46,380 nucleotides of DNA. It comes from a virus. The position numbers and the translations under genes were made by a program. Each line of letters begins with the position of its first letter. Within the stretch, counting starts at the first letter, position 1. The stretch lies in the UHGV virus genome UHGV-0285588, one strand, 5' to 3'. This document shows positions 44,164 through 46,380 of the stretch, one piece after another. Under the pieces are notes generated by a model. It made no database searches and was not told the origin of the DNA. It saw only the letters and a list, made by a program, of their open reading frames with translations.

Positions 44164-46380
44164 TCATGCAACAGGGTTGGTGTAGGCGTACATGGCGTCA
44201 TTGTACTCAGTTACTGTAAGAGACACTGTGCCATCTGTACCTGGAGTTTTCTGGCTGACTGTCCATAAAGTTGAGTCAAGCTCAACCTCTGTTGAGATGG
44301 CATATCTTGATTCTGACTGAACGTTAACACCGTCAAAAATGTTTAACTCGAAGTCAGATGGTAATGCGCACTCGAATGTATTCAATCCAGTAACGGTACA
44401 AGCCAATCGATCTGACACATTTCCATTGGCGCCAGTTATAACTACAAACAGGCCACTTCCTGCCGTGATCTGTTCACTGGTGGTAAATACGTTTCCAGAC
44501 CTTGATCGGATAACGCCCGTCTGCTGCACTGAATCATAAATGTCGACAACAGAAATCATATCGCCAACGTTCACCCACTCACCATCAGCAAGCGCTTTTA
44601 TCTCCATCCCACGGCGTGAGTACATGAGACGGTTGCACTCAAGCATGGCCCGGTCTGTTGCCTGATATAGGTTTCGAACATATAGCATGTCGAATTTTTT
44701 CGGCTTAGTCGGCTCTCCCGGTTCGATACCAGATGTTCCAACTTTATAATAAACGTAAGCCTGTTTGTTGGTGTTTGGGTCGCGGTATTGAACACTTACG
44801 CCATCATATGACCCTGGCAAAGTCATATCATAAGACATTTTATAGCCATCGGCCTGCGTATTTCTGGTATTGAACACGGTTTCAGGAGTTGATTTTTGCT
44901 CATCCCTTGAGAAAGACAAGACGCCATCATCCCAAAACACGGTTACACGCGCTGCATCACATATGGTCTGAATTCGTTCACCGATCGATTTATCCTCATC
45001 GTCAAATGTGTAATCAAAATACCCAAGACGCTCATCAGGCAGTGCGTCAGCTATTTCATAGAGTCTTACCACGTCAATAGTGCTTTCAGGTTGACCAGCA
45101 GTAATAATCCAGTTATGCAGCACTGAATCCGCAAAACTTCTCGATGGTCTTAACGCATAGTCGACTGCCCCCGTTGTTCTGTTATATCCAATAGTCCAGC
45201 GGGTAATCAGCGCATTATATTTGCGCTCAGTGACTGATGTGGGCTGAAGCGTGGCCTTTACCGTCACTTTAACAAGGGTGTCATCAGGATAAACCACATT
45301 CTCGCGGATGTTGATGGCGTGCGCTGCCTGCAACGTTACGCGGTTGCCAGAGTTTGAGTTATTTGTCCTTTCAATGCTGATGGCGTACTTCGCCACCCCA
45401 TAAGCGGGAGTAAACTTATACGTGCGATAGTAGGTTTTTGTTGTCTGAGTAAATGGGTTGTCAATGCTGTCTGCGAGCTGCTCCTCAGTTCCTGGAATGG
45501 CATCCCCATTATCATCAACCGCCCATACCTTGATCAGATAATCTGCCGTGCCACTGGTAGGGCCAAGCTCAGACTGAACGTGAACCCAAACCTGCGTAGA
45601 CTCCACGGCTCCAACATATGGGCCAACAACAAGCGCCTCATTATCCACAATCTGGAAATAAGTATTATTGATGGTTGCGCCGCTCAGGTTTCCAAGATTT
45701 GCGCCAGTCAGGTTATTGAAGGTGAAATTATAAAAATACTGAATATCAGGCGCAGTTCCTGTCTCAGTTTCCTCGGCGGAAATGATGTTGCCGCTAAGCT
45801 CAATGTTTTTGGTTACAGTACCTGACGTTGTGCTGTAAGTTATATTTATTGTTAATGTTACTGAATGAGGAAGAGACAGCCCCATAAAGTAATCGAAATC
45901 GGTGTTTTTTGGTATGACCATCAACAGCTGACCGCCAGCGTAATTTCCGCTGGTAACAGATGTCGTGGTTGCTGTCTCTATCGGGGTGTCTTCCGATTCA
46001 TTAAGCCCTGGAACCTCCTGACCATCAAGTCCGTCGAACTGGTAAGGCTCAATGATTTGTCCGATAACATCGCCTGGATTGTAGATGACGTGACTTGCCC
46101 CCGGCAGGGAGCCAAGATTAGTTTCCGCATAGCGAACCGAAGAAATGGTGTATTTACCAAGGCCAAAGTTCATGAACTCAGTGACATACTTCAGGTCGTC
46201 AATGTATTCGAATAATGACTCCTGAATCAGATCAGGGAATGCCCTTACCTGCCCGAAGTTGTCAGGCCTTGCCTCTCCGTTTCGCGCGATATTGGTCTGC
46301 GATTTCAGGCTGTTATTGGGTGATTCAACGGTTGTACCAGTGCTGGTTGATGGCGTTGATGCTTTAGGCAGCAGGAAAGA
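44164..46380 (-). CDS. host-specificity / central tail fibre protein J-like, partial (N-terminus beyond the right edge)
   Basis: Open frame continues past 46380. The block [30 protein letters not shown] parallels lambda J (KMDAFGCTSRGQAHRAGLWLIKTE). An N-proximal NSLKSQT resembles J's DNLKSTQ. Confidence 0.55.
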   Translation of the reverse strand, partial: SFLLPKASTPSTSTGTTVESPNNSLKSQTNIARNGEARPDNFGQVRAFPDLIQESLFEYIDDLKYVTEFMNFGLGKYTISSVRYAETNLGSLPGASHVIYNPGDVIGQIIEPYQFDGLDGQEVPGLNESEDTPIETATTTSVTSGNYAGGQLLMVIPKNTDFDYFMGLSLPHSVTLTINITYSTTSGTVTKNIELSGNIISAEETETGTAPDIQYFYNFTFNNLTGANLGNLSGATINNTYFQIVDNEALVVGPYVGAVESTQVWVHVQSELGPTSGTADYLIKVWAVDDNGDAIPGTEEQLADSIDNPFTQTTKTYYRTYKFTPAYGVAKYAISIERTNNSNSGNRVTLQAAHAINIRENVVYPDDTLVKVTVKATLQPTSVTERKYNALITRWTIGYNRTTGAVDYALRPSRSFADSVLHNWIITAGQPESTIDVVRLYEIADALPDERLGYFDYTFDDEDKSIGERIQTICDAARVTVFWDDGVLSFSRDEQKSTPETVFNTRNTQADGYKMSYDMTLPGSYDGVSVQYRDPNTNKQAYVYYKVGTSGIEPGEPTKPKKFDMLYVRNLYQATDRAMLECNRLMYSRRGMEIKALADGEWVNVGDMISVVDIYDSVQQTGVIRSRSGNVFTTSEQITAGSGLFVVITGANGNVSDRLACTVTGLNTFECALPSDFELNIFDGVNVQSESRYAISTEVELDSTLWTVSQKTPGTDGTVSLTVTEYNDAMYAYTNPVA

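Noticed and set aside
1-46380. Integrase, repressor or attachment site indicating a temperate phage
   Set aside because: No tyrosine or serine recombinase, CI-like repressor or tRNA-adjacent att was found. The recombination genes present (Erf, exonuclease, SSB, endonuclease VII) are typical of lytic phages.

Overview
The window is almost certainly a near-complete genome of a virulent, tailed dsDNA phage (siphovirus) of an enterobacterial host. The sequence extends beyond both edges and may join as a circle.

The tail module is lambda-like: major tail protein V with a C-terminal Ig-like domain, chaperone, tape measure, M, L, K, I and J. The head module has a DUF2213/DUF2190/DUF2184-type architecture. 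The large terminase carries a LAGLIDADG intein inside its Walker A motif. The lysis cassette is endolysin, holin, Rz and embedded Rz1.

No integrase or repressor was seen. The one long late (minus-strand) transcription unit is interrupted at least eight times by short plus-strand cassettes. These carry replication and recombination genes (ParB-like nuclease, Dcm-type methyltransferase, endonuclease VII, a truncated beta-clamp homologue, an AP2 protein, a DUF3987-like protein, an SF2 helicase, VRR-NUC, exonuclease, Erf, SSB) and anonymous small genes. Each cassette has its own promoter-like motif and a hairpin terminator.

Main candidates for something new:
- A non-coding, highly structured locus inside the tail operon (about 7449-8305, plus strand). 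It has its own TTGACA-17-TAGATT promoter, two tandem elements of about 90-110 nt each flanked by roughly 17-bp inverted repeats, a coupled 61-aa ORF and an intrinsic terminator.
- A phage-specific 13-14 bp motif, TTGACGTAGATTGA and variants, present at at least 12 intergenic sites, often as tandem pairs, in front of almost every cassette.
- A putative iteron plus AT-rich origin next to the AP2 and DUF3987-like genes.
- A two-domain DnaN (beta-clamp) homologue.
- An HslV/proteasome-like peptidase.
- A tandemly duplicated small-gene cassette between the tail chaperone and the major tail gene.

Coordinates that are not taken from the ORF track were counted by eye and may be off by 1-2 nt.
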